Shown here one piece after another: positions 1 through 8,263 of a DNA stretch of 32,646 nucleotides. Below the pieces are notes generated by a model that was not told the origin of the DNA, made no database searches, and saw only the letters and a program-made list of their open reading frames with translations. How positions within the stretch are numbered: position 1 is the first letter of the stretch; every line of letters begins with the position of its first letter. Origin of the DNA: a virus (taxonomy: Duplodnaviria; Heunggongvirae; Uroviricota; Caudoviricetes). The stretch lies in IMG/VR virus record IMGVR_UViG_3300037400_002787, positions 64,001 through 96,646 of that record; one strand, 5' to 3'. The position numbers were made by a program, and so were the translations under genes.

Positions 1-7
1 TTCCGAG

Positions 8-3000
8 ATGCTTGCAAATCCCGAGGTTGTTAATACAGCGGCTGGCGAAATTCCGGTGCAGACCACCGTTCAGAAGGCTATAGTCGAAAATCTTGACCAG
101 CAGGCGGCACAGGGAAACCAGCAGGCCGGAGAGGCTCTAAGTGAACTCAAGGAGAATGTTGATGACGGGACAATTACTCAGGAAGCACATAATGTAGAGA
201 ATCCGTTGGTAGAGCAGCCGCAGCAGCCTGCAGATGTTCAGATGGCGAGTTCCGACGGCTCGTTTGTTCACACTTTGTCACCAGAAGAATCGGCGGTCAT
301 ACAGGCAAATCCAGAAAAGAGGGAAGTCCTGCAGCAGATAGTTGATGCCTCGGGCAAGTATGTCGATTCCACGGATGAAGCCGAAAAAGAGCAGATAGCC
401 GAAGGCATTAGGATGCTATATCAGATGTTCTATGGGGAAAAGAATCCGAAGAACGCATCGGGCGAAGAACCTAAGGAGAAAGAAACGGTAAAAGTTCTTG
501 AGTTCGAGGCAACCGATGATAAGGGTAACAAATCTACAGGAATCATAGAGGCGGATTCTAGGATAGATGCCATTAGAAAACTAATGAAGAAGGGTCTGAA
601 GCCAACCAATCTTAGCAATGAACCCTTTGATGTAAATAAGGACGATTTATCAACTTCAACACCACCACCGTCTCCACCCACACCGCCTACACCTCCCGAA
701 GGAGGAGGCGGAGAATCAGGCGGCCCAAACCCGCCAAACAATCCGCCTAACCCGCCAGACAACCCGCCGGATGAAGACGATGACGATAGCCGTAGTACAC
801 TGCCCCCCGCACCTTCCGACGAGGAATTCCGTGTTGGCGAGAACAAGTATAAGGTTGGCGGAATAACCTACACTGATGTGTCGGGCAAAGGTCTATTCCG
901 CACGGCCCTGGCTTCCTTTATGGCGGGTCTTCGCGGCGAGGGGGTTATTACTGGCTGGGATAGAATTAATGGCACATGGGATGCAATGAAGAGGTCTGAA
1001 AAAGGGGAGATGGTGCGAGATGGCATTGCTTCTGCCCTTTGCCGCGATACTATTGCAAATTATGCGAATAAGGACGGTTTGTCTGATGATGCAAAAATGG
1101 AGATAGCGGTCATTCAGGATATGATGAATCAGGCCGACACACCCGAAGCCCAAATGAAGGCAATAAAGCAATTCCAGAAATGGAAGGAGACTTACTCAAA
1201 GGAACTTGGCGAACTAGAAAAGCCAATCCCTGGACAGACATTCAAGCCGTTGCCTAACGATTATAAGGGAACAAAACCGCCGGTTTCTATCCTAAAGAAA
1301 TCGGAGGGATTTGAAGCGGACAAGGAGTTTGGAGACAAGGTGGCCGCTGGTCTGCAGGAACGGCTAGGGATTCTAGGATTTCAAATAGATGAACTTGTTG
1401 GAGTTAGTGTTGGTCCTTCTGCCACAACGGTAAAGTTCAAGATTCCGCCTACATTCGATATGACGGCGGCAAACAGCAAAAAGACCCGTGAAGCCCTTAA
1501 GGGAGCAATCGGCACGGAGGTGTCGAATGTGGAGTATGCCAAGGGCGAAAAGGATGTAATGTCGATAACCGTCACAAACCCAGAGATGCGTAATGTGTCC
1601 TTCTCGGATGTGATTAATAGTCAGAAGTGGAAAACCTTTGCAAAGAAAGCCGCGCTTCCAATCCCTGTTGGACGTGATTCCTCTGGCGAAGAAACAATGC
1701 TTGATGCTGCTACTATGCCGCAGACCATTGTAACCGGTGCTACGGGTTCCGGAAAGTCTGTCTTCATCTCCGCCGCTATAAACGGAATTGAAATGGAGAA
1801 GACCCCAGATGAAGCCCGTATAGTCCTTCTAGACCCAAAGAACGAATTTAAGATTCAGGACGGTTCTCCGCACCTACTCTTCCCAAGGGCTGGTGGAGAC
1901 CCCGACAAAGCCAAGGCTAGTAAGGATATGGCCGATGTTCTGGATTCCTTGGTTGCAATAATGAACGATAGGGTAACGAAGATAGGAGGCGTCATAGAGG
2001 GATTCAACCCGTCCAAGAACGAATTCAAGGGTGCCGCAGAACACTCAATCAAGCAGTATAATGAGGCTCACCCTGATGATAAGATGCCTCATATCCTCTT
2101 GGTGTTCGACGAAATAGCCAATGCCCGAGACAATGCAACAGCCGCAGACAAAGCCAGAATTGACGTCGCCCTACAGAAACTGACGGCTGTGGGCCGTTCT
2201 GTTGGCGTGAACTGTCTCCTTGCGACCCAGAGAGACGATGTTGGCTCTATCCCGGGAATCATTCAGGCTAACTGCCCAGGCCGCGTCACCTTCAAGGCTT
2301 CGCCAACCGATGCAAAGGCATCGCAGGAAGCCAAGGCGCTTGCCGGCAACGGAGACTACATTCTAACGGACAAAGCCGGGAACAAGACCCGCGGAAGAGG
2401 ATGTTTCATTTCGCCCGAAGAGGAAATGGCTATACCTTCCTACTACCGCGACCATATGGCTGGCGGTGATAATCCGGCAGAACCAACCCTTCCGAAGGAG
2501 TACACAGACGGTATAGTTCAGGCTGTAGAAAAGGGTGTAAACCTGTCTGTAGAGGCTATGGAAGGACTAGAGGATGCTTTCAAGGCGGCAGTCCCTAATG
2601 GGTGGACGGTAACTAAGGAGAAAGTTGACGGCAAGGAATATTGGAAAGCCTCCCCTCCAAAGCCTACTAGAGTTGATGTCAAGGAAGCAAAAAAGCCAGA
2701 GGCGGACAAAGCAAAGGGCGAAAAGCCAAAGGGACTTAACCTCAAGTCGAGACAAGAAGCCATTGAAAGCATCAAGGCGATGAAAGACGAAGCGATTTCA
2801 AAGGCTGATGCCGACTATGAGAAGGACGGAAATCTCGATAAATACGAGAAGGCGCTACAGAAGATAGGACAGGAAGAGCAGCGGCATATGGCTATCGTCA
2901 ACACTAGATTCCCCGAAATGATAGAAAACGGAGATGAGACGGATGATGACGAGGGGCAAGAGAATCCGTTGGAACAACCCGATGTGAGCAACACTGAATC

Positions 3001-3766
3001 ATCGGAAGACGATGGTGATACTCCCGCCGCTATGATGAAAGATGTTGAGGCACAACTCAAAGCAGAAAAAGAGCGCATAGACAAGGCTCTCTCAAAGCCG
3101 ACTCTCAAACTTAGGGATAGGCGCAAACTTAGGCAAGAAAAAGCCGCTCTACAGAAGAGATTCGACGATGCCAAGGCTAAGTTCAAGGCGGGCGGTACAG
3201 CAGACGAAATCCTGAACATCTTTGAGCCCGAGGAAAAAAAGGAAGAACCAGAGAAAATCGAGACCGCTCCGCAGTCTTCTGATGAAGATGTTCAGGTAGA
3301 TGCGGAAACCGTTGCCGCAAACGAGCAGGATGCGAAAAACGAGAAGTTGAGGAATTCTGTTCCGCCACAGAAGGGATATTCAGAGAAGACGATTGCAGGC
3401 TCTGCACCAGCGAAGAATAGGTTTGGGGTTATTTTCGTCAACGACCCCAAGACCGGTTCGCAGGGAAGGCTAATCCCCGACCCCAAGAATCCCAAGGGCT
3501 ACAAGTTCCAGAAGGACATCGACACCACGCACCCCGAATACAAGGGGTATATAAAGAAGCCCGATGGGACATGGGAACTGTCTCCTGAGGCCAAGAAGGT
3601 TGAAGAGGAGACGAGGCTAGACCGAAAGCAGTCAAGAGATGCGAAGAAAAGAGAAGAGGCACTAAAGCGGTTCAACAGGGCGAGGTTTGGCCACGACGAA
3701 GCTCCCGACAACAAGACAATCGTTGCCAATGCAGTGATGGAAGCACTTAAACTTGTGGAAGGATAG
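8..3766 (+). CDS. Giant acidic multidomain protein with FtsK/SpoIIIE motor (alpha + ATPase beta domains); may start upstream of the window
   Basis: FtsK-alpha-like segment (ERLGILG..VSVGPSATTVKFK..ITVTNPEMRNVSF, ~1340-1603), Walker A TGATGSGKS (~1733-1759), VLLDPK, Walker B LLVFDE (~2093-2113), GRSVGVNCLLATQR. Pro-rich and acidic linkers flank it. No transmembrane segment or gamma domain visible. Codons at 2-7 are sense, so the frame is open to the window edge. Confidence 0.85.
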   Translation: MLANPEVVNTAAGEIPVQTTVQKAIVENLDQQAAQGNQQAGEALSELKENVDDGTITQEAHNVENPLVEQPQQPADVQMASSDGSFVHTLSPEESAVIQANPEKREVLQQIVDASGKYVDSTDEAEKEQIAEGIRMLYQMFYGEKNPKNASGEEPKEKETVKVLEFEATDDKGNKSTGIIEADSRIDAIRKLMKKGLKPTNLSNEPFDVNKDDLSTSTPPPSPPTPPTPPEGGGGESGGPNPPNNPPNPPDNPPDEDDDDSRSTLPPAPSDEEFRVGENKYKVGGITYTDVSGKGLFRTALASFMAGLRGEGVITGWDRINGTWDAMKRSEKGEMVRDGIASALCRDTIANYANKDGLSDDAKMEIAVIQDMMNQADTPEAQMKAIKQFQKWKETYSKELGELEKPIPGQTFKPLPNDYKGTKPPVSILKKSEGFEADKEFGDKVAAGLQERLGILGFQIDELVGVSVGPSATTVKFKIPPTFDMTAANSKKTREALKGAIGTEVSNVEYAKGEKDVMSITVTNPEMRNVSFSDVINSQKWKTFAKKAALPIPVGRDSSGEETMLDAATMPQTIVTGATGSGKSVFISAAINGIEMEKTPDEARIVLLDPKNEFKIQDGSPHLLFPRAGGDPDKAKASKDMADVLDSLVAIMNDRVTKIGGVIEGFNPSKNEFKGAAEHSIKQYNEAHPDDKMPHILLVFDEIANARDNATAADKARIDVALQKLTAVGRSVGVNCLLATQRDDVGSIPGIIQANCPGRVTFKASPTDAKASQEAKALAGNGDYILTDKAGNKTRGRGCFISPEEEMAIPSYYRDHMAGGDNPAEPTLPKEYTDGIVQAVEKGVNLSVEAMEGLEDAFKAAVPNGWTVTKEKVDGKEYWKASPPKPTRVDVKEAKKPEADKAKGEKPKGLNLKSRQEAIESIKAMKDEAISKADADYEKDGNLDKYEKALQKIGQEEQRHMAIVNTRFPEMIENGDETDDDEGQENPLEQPDVSNTESSEDDGDTPAAMMKDVEAQLKAEKERIDKALSKPTLKLRDRRKLRQEKAALQKRFDDAKAKFKAGGTADEILNIFEPEEKKEEPEKIETAPQSSDEDVQVDAETVAANEQDAKNEKLRNSVPPQKGYSEKTIAGSAPAKNRFGVIFVNDPKTGSQGRLIPDPKNPKGYKFQKDIDTTHPEYKGYIKKPDGTWELSPEAKKVEEETRLDRKQSRDAKKREEALKRFNRARFGHDEAPDNKTIVANAVMEALKLVEG

Positions 3767-3771
3767 GAAAT

Positions 3772-4407
3772 ATGAACTTCTTTGATTTTCAAGAAAAGCT
3801 CTATAGCGGCAAGCCTGCAATGGACGATGCCGTTGGAGAAGCCGCCGCGCAGATAGCACGTCAAGACCAGCCGAAAGCACCTCATGGGCAGGAATCTTCC
3901 GCAAAGGTCATTGCGGAGTTTTCCGACAAAGACCACATACTCTCTGCGGAAGAACTCATTGAACACCGCAAGCACTGCCGCGCAAAGCCCGGAAACTGCC
4001 CTTTCGAAAAGGCGGTAGACGAGGCGGACGACATAACCCCCAATGAAATCAAGGTGACGAAGCAGGATGTGTTCAACCGACTTGCCGCCGTTCTCACACA
4101 GTTGTTCCAGGTGGCAAAGAACCTGGCAAAGCCCGCCATAGCAGAACCCGAAGCGGTAGAGGAGGCTTCCGCCCCAGCGGACAAACCACAAGCAACGACT
4201 TCTGATTCAATGCCGAAAACGGCACAGGACGAAGCCCCCGCACCCGATGAAACAAGCACTGATGCCAAGATAGTGGCGGAAATCATCGAGGGCGGAATCG
4301 AGAAGATGGTTGAATTGGCGAAGGGGAAAGGATGTATGGTTGATATGGACGAAAAGAACACCAAATACATCGTGAAAGGCCCCGACAAAGCAGAGCAGGA
4401 AGGGTAG
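3772..4407 (+). CDS. Hypothetical acidic protein, possibly an internal head protein
   Basis: Starts 5 nt after the previous stop with GGA upstream; contains HRKHCRAKPGNCPF and QDEAP motifs; lies directly before the protease gene. Confidence 0.7.
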   Translation: MNFFDFQEKLYSGKPAMDDAVGEAAAQIARQDQPKAPHGQESSAKVIAEFSDKDHILSAEELIEHRKHCRAKPGNCPFEKAVDEADDITPNEIKVTKQDVFNRLAAVLTQLFQVAKNLAKPAIAEPEAVEEASAPADKPQATTSDSMPKTAQDEAPAPDETSTDAKIVAEIIEGGIEKMVELAKGKGCMVDMDEKNTKYIVKGPDKAEQEG

Positions 4408-4422
4408 TTAGCCCCCTTGCAA

Positions 4423-4461
4423 TTTACGGTTTGGCATTGAATAGCCGAAAAATAGGCTAGG
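4423..4461 (+). repeat. 39-bp direct repeat copy 1 (putative late promoter/operator)
   Basis: TTTACGGTTTGGCATTGAATAGCCGAAAAATAGGCTAGG matches 11591-11629 at 37/39 positions; intergenic, just upstream of the protease gene; contains a TAGCC/GGCTA inverted repeat. Confidence 0.85.
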
Positions 4462-4471
4462 AGTTCAGTGT

Positions 4472-6445
4472 ATGGCATATAGTTTTATAGACAAGTTCGG
4501 ATATAGGAGACAGAGGGCTAACCCTATCTCCCGTGTCGGTGTCTTTCCATACACGGGAGAACAGATAGACCAGCCAAAGAAAGACCGCAACGGCAAGCCA
4601 ATCTTCAAGCGTGATGCGCTTGGCGAGATTATCTACAAGAGAAACAAGAAGACGGGAATGATAGAGGTCGACGACGATGGAGACCCGATTCCCGAATTCG
4701 AGATGCAGTTCGGTCTGGAACCTGAGAGACTCTATCCTGTCCTTCGTGGACCTGATGCCCTTTTCAACCCCGATGCCATAGATTCCTTCAACGGACTTCC
4801 AATAAGAGTTGGCCATCTGATGATAGGCGACGAGAAGCAGAACAAGAAGGACGAGAAGGACAAAAAGCTCAATTCGGCGGACAAGAATCCCAATGACGGC
4901 TGCATCTACAATGTCCGCCCGTCTATGGATGAGCCGGGGTATCTCATAGCCGACTTCTGCATCTACACCGACCGGATGAAGGACATTCTGAAGGATGGCA
5001 AGATTAAGGAACTCTCCCTCGGCTATACCTGCGTGTACGAGAATGAGAACGGAACATACGAGGGCGTTCCCTATATGTTCAAGCAGACCAATTTGCGGGG
5101 CAATCATCTTGCCCTCGTAAAGCACGGGCGTTGTGGGTCGAGCGTCTGTGTCTACGATTCAGCCGTAGTGACGTTCGACTCGCTGCCAGAAAGTCTGGTG
5201 GATAACCAAGAAAAGGAAACCCAAATGGAAAACCAAAAGAAAGAAGAGACCGGTAAGCTCGACAGAGCCAAGGCCCTTGCTTCCGCCATTAAGGGTGGTG
5301 ACGAGCAGCTAGCCCAGGACTGTCTGGACTTTGCGGATTTCCCACCGGAGGTTCGCAAGGAGGCTCTTGAGCGCTGCAAGGCGGGTAAGTGCGAGAAGAA
5401 GGACGGAGAGAAGGATGTGTCCGACAAGGCCCCCAAGGCCGCAAAGGACAATGCCGACGTTCCGCCAACTCCTCCAGACCTTCCGCCTGCCGAAGAGAAG
5501 AAGGAAGAGCCCAAGACGCCTGCGGAGTCCAATGCTCCTGCGGCTTCTACGGCTTCTGCCCCTGCTCCCGCCGCCACACCCGAGCCTAGTGATGCCCCTG
5601 CCGGTCAGGATGTTCCTTCTCCAAAGGAGGAAGCACCCGCAAAGGACTGCAAGGATAAGGCTCCGGTAGAGAAGCATGTCTGCGACAAGTGCGGCTGCGA
5701 TCCCTGCACATGCAAAAAGGAAGAAGCCGAGGCAAAGGACTGCGGAGACAAGGCTCCTAAGGAGACAAAGGACTGCGGTACTGGCGTGACTCAGCCCTCT
5801 ATTCCAACTCCTGTTGCCGCCGTTCAGGGTGGAACTGAGGAGAAGAAGGAAGAAAAGAAAGAGGATGTTCCGCCAGCCAAGGAGACTTCCGACAAAGCTC
5901 CCGAAAAGGTCGAGGTCAAGGTCGAGAAGGTTGAGGAGCCCAAGCCCGGCGAGGCGATTGCCGAAGCCATAGAGGGCAAGGAAACCTCCGACAAGAAGAC
6001 CGAGGACGGCGCTGAAAAGCGCATCACGGCCGATGTCAAGGCTGAGCACGACAATGTTCCTCCGGGCAAAACCGCCAAGGTTGCGCAGGACGAATATGCC
6101 GCTTTCGTTGCCGAATATGCCGAGGCACAGACTCTTGCCGGCAAGCTCCGCCCGTACATAAAGGAGACCTTCGATTCCGCTCCGATGCGAGTTATCGACG
6201 TTGCCCGCTTTGCGGCAAAGCACATCGAAACTCTCGCCTTCGTGATGGACGAGGCCGACGACGATAAAGTCCTTACGGCGGTCCGCGGCTATGCTGCAGC
6301 CGTTGCGATGGATGCGGCTCCGGAAAAGCAGGAAGTCCTTGTGGACACCCCGAAGCAGGGAGAGGTAATTGTTCAGGACGAGGCCCCGAAAGCCGAGACC
6401 AGAGTAGCGACCCCTCGTGATTTGATGGACTATATGTCCAAGTAA
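4472..6445 (+). CDS. DUF2213-like prohead protease fused to a low-complexity scaffold region
   Basis: N-terminal PISRVGVFPYTGEQI..PIRVGH..GKIKELSLGYTC..GNHLALVKHGRCG is typical of DUF2213 head proteins; long Ala/Pro/Glu/Lys-rich C-terminal half; precedes cement and capsid genes. Confidence 0.85.
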   Translation: MAYSFIDKFGYRRQRANPISRVGVFPYTGEQIDQPKKDRNGKPIFKRDALGEIIYKRNKKTGMIEVDDDGDPIPEFEMQFGLEPERLYPVLRGPDALFNPDAIDSFNGLPIRVGHLMIGDEKQNKKDEKDKKLNSADKNPNDGCIYNVRPSMDEPGYLIADFCIYTDRMKDILKDGKIKELSLGYTCVYENENGTYEGVPYMFKQTNLRGNHLALVKHGRCGSSVCVYDSAVVTFDSLPESLVDNQEKETQMENQKKEETGKLDRAKALASAIKGGDEQLAQDCLDFADFPPEVRKEALERCKAGKCEKKDGEKDVSDKAPKAAKDNADVPPTPPDLPPAEEKKEEPKTPAESNAPAASTASAPAPAATPEPSDAPAGQDVPSPKEEAPAKDCKDKAPVEKHVCDKCGCDPCTCKKEEAEAKDCGDKAPKETKDCGTGVTQPSIPTPVAAVQGGTEEKKEEKKEDVPPAKETSDKAPEKVEVKVEKVEEPKPGEAIAEAIEGKETSDKKTEDGAEKRITADVKAEHDNVPPGKTAKVAQDEYAAFVAEYAEAQTLAGKLRPYIKETFDSAPMRVIDVARFAAKHIETLAFVMDEADDDKVLTAVRGYAAAVAMDAAPEKQEVLVDTPKQGEVIVQDEAPKAETRVATPRDLMDYMSK

Positions 6446-6491
6446 GATGTTAACCCACCAAAACAAATAACAACCCAAAGGAGAAAGAACT

Positions 6492-7016
6492 ATGGGAGTT
6501 CAGAAAGAAATCCTTAGGCGGACGTTCACCGGCGAAGTTGAGCGCTACGAGGTGACGAAGGACGCTGAAGGTAAGCCTACTGGCACCGAACTCAAGAAGG
6601 TCCAGTATTCGGTCGGAAGCGCCGCCCTCGTTGGTGGTACTCCTGGCCAAATATACGACGTGGCATACGGCCCCGTCGTCCACACAACCAACCTCCCCGC
6701 GGCGGCCGACATCGGTTCGTTCGTGAAGGGACGCGGAATCATCATCAATGCCCCGGAGTATGCCCTCTACGGTACGCTTCCTAACGGCAAGGATGGTGGT
6801 CCTCTCGCTCCTTCGCTGACCCTCCCTGCCAACACCGTCGTTTCGGTGATGACGGCTGGTCATGTGTGGGTCAAACGTGGTGAACTGGCTGCCATTAAGG
6901 CAGGTATGAACACCTATGTCATCTACGAGCCTGAGGGCACTGATGCAAACGACCTCTGCGTTGTTGAAGTCAACGGCCTTCTGCCCGAAAGCGATGATTC
7001 CACGGCTAATGGCTAA
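6492..7016 (+). CDS. Putative capsid cement/decoration protein
   Basis: 174 aa, Gly/Val/Ala-rich beta-type protein between protease and major capsid; GGAG SD; strongly C-ending codons like the capsid gene. Confidence 0.65.
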   Translation: MGVQKEILRRTFTGEVERYEVTKDAEGKPTGTELKKVQYSVGSAALVGGTPGQIYDVAYGPVVHTTNLPAAADIGSFVKGRGIIINAPEYALYGTLPNGKDGGPLAPSLTLPANTVVSVMTAGHVWVKRGELAAIKAGMNTYVIYEPEGTDANDLCVVEVNGLLPESDDSTANG

Positions 7017-7044
7017 TCGCTCAATAAGAAAGGAGTAAACAATT

Positions 7045-8139
7045 ATGGCTTTCACTGAATGCAAATTCCGTATGCCTAAGGTCAAGGTCGAGGGTTTCGC
7101 TCTCGATGAGGCCCCAGACAACCTCCGCACGATGGAGAACCTCGCTCTCATGGGCGTGTCCTTCAACGAGAAGTCCAGCGGAGTCAAGTACGTGATGGAC
7201 GCGATGCCTACTCAGGGCGTCACCAACCCAACCGCTACGGTCCCCGTGCAGTTCCTCCAGCACTGGATGAACAAGATTATCACGGTCGTGACCCAGGCTA
7301 CGACCGCCGATGAATTCCTCGGCCGCTCCACCTATGGTGAGTGGTATCAGGAGAGCATCGTCCTCCGTATCCGCGAGCTCACGGGCTCCGTCCGTCCTTA
7401 CGGCGACCATGCCCAGGCCCCTCTGGCACGGTACAACTACAACCAGGAAGACCGCACCATCGTCCGCTTCGCTCAGGGTATCCTCACGGGTGCTCTCGAA
7501 GAGGCTCGTCTTGCGGCCATCGGCCAGAAGTCTTCCGCTTACGAGTCTGACCGCGCGGCTCTCGGCCTCGCCTTCAAGCTCAATACGAATGCGGTTGCCT
7601 TCTTCGGCTACAACCTCGGTTACAACAAGACCTTCGGTATCCTCAACGATCCGAACCTTGCGCCTTATGTCGCTGTTCCCGAGAACAAGAACGGAGACAC
7701 GGAGTGGGCGAAGAAGAACTTCTACGAGATTGTCCGCGACCTCAACACGGCCGTCGCCGAACTCCAGAAGCAGTGCGCTGGTAACTTCATTCCGTCCAAG
7801 CATGCCTTCAAACTCGGCATCGCCCTCGGATGCGACCAGTTCCTCAACCAGGTCAACCAGTACGGCATCTCCGTCCGCAAGTACATCTCCGACACTTGGC
7901 CGAAGTGCGACCTCGTGGTTATCCCCGAGTTCGACAATGCTCTCGCCGGTGACAACGTTATGTACCTCAAACTCGACGAGCTCGCGGGTTCGCCGGTTGC
8001 GGAGCAGATCGTTCCTGCGGCGGTTCGCCTCGTTGGTTCGGTGCCGCGTGCAAGCGGTTTGTACGAGCTCTATTCGGATGCCACTGCCGGTTGCTTCGTG
8101 GAGCAGCCCCTCGGCGTGGTCCGTTTCTTTGGTATATAA
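7045..8139 (+). CDS. Major capsid protein (DUF2184-like, HK97 fold)
   Basis: 364 aa; NAVAFFGY..TFGILNDPNL..EWAKKNFYEIVRDL..SDATAGCFVEQPLGVVRFFGI typical of this family; AGGAG SD; strongest codon bias in the window; followed by a terminator. Confidence 0.9.
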   Translation: MAFTECKFRMPKVKVEGFALDEAPDNLRTMENLALMGVSFNEKSSGVKYVMDAMPTQGVTNPTATVPVQFLQHWMNKIITVVTQATTADEFLGRSTYGEWYQESIVLRIRELTGSVRPYGDHAQAPLARYNYNQEDRTIVRFAQGILTGALEEARLAAIGQKSSAYESDRAALGLAFKLNTNAVAFFGYNLGYNKTFGILNDPNLAPYVAVPENKNGDTEWAKKNFYEIVRDLNTAVAELQKQCAGNFIPSKHAFKLGIALGCDQFLNQVNQYGISVRKYISDTWPKCDLVVIPEFDNALAGDNVMYLKLDELAGSPVAEQIVPAAVRLVGSVPRASGLYELYSDATAGCFVEQPLGVVRFFGI

Positions 8140-8163
8140 CCATCATCTCCTTATCGGAGATAA

Positions 8164-8200
8164 AAACAACCCTCTACTTTTTAGTAGGGGGTTTGTTTTT
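8164..8200 (+). terminator. Rho-independent terminator after the capsid gene
   Basis: AACCCTCTACT-TTTT-AGTAGGGGGTT hairpin followed by TGTTTTTT. Confidence 0.8.
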
Positions 8201-8213
8201 TCTCTCTATGCTA

Positions 8214-8242
8214 TTGCATAGCCTCTAAAATTATGATATAAT
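8214..8242 (+). promoter_or_regulatory. Sigma70-type promoter for tnpB
   Basis: TTGCAT (8214-8219), 17-bp spacer, perfect TATAAT (8237-8242), 21 nt before the tnpB ATG. Confidence 0.75.
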
Positions 8243-8263
8243 ATATACCGAAAAAGTTGAGCA

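Noticed and set aside
657-810. CCG/AAC-rich short repeats
   Set aside because: They simply encode a Pro/Gly/Asn linker.
8-3766. Cellular ftsK gene marking a host chromosome junction
   Set aside because: No N-terminal transmembrane or gamma domain visible, and it is tightly linked to phage head genes, so no gene symbol is assigned.
4431-4445. TTGGCA...GC resembling a sigma54 -24/-12 promoter
   Set aside because: GG-to-GC spacing is 9 nt here and at 9632, not the strictly required 10 nt.
4457-7803. Long minus-strand ORFs (4457-5125, 5309-6478, 6450-7187, 7021-7803) and similar ones elsewhere
   Set aside because: Antisense shadows of strongly biased + strand genes; no motifs, SD sites or independent context.
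7310-8221. 303-aa alternative-frame ORF over the capsid gene
   Set aside because: Ser/Arg/Thr-rich product expected from C-ending codon bias; it also runs through the capsid terminator.
8201-8263. tnpA gene or IS605 left-end hairpin
   Set aside because: No HUH/Y1 or serine recombinase ORF and no convincing subterminal hairpin other than the capsid terminator.
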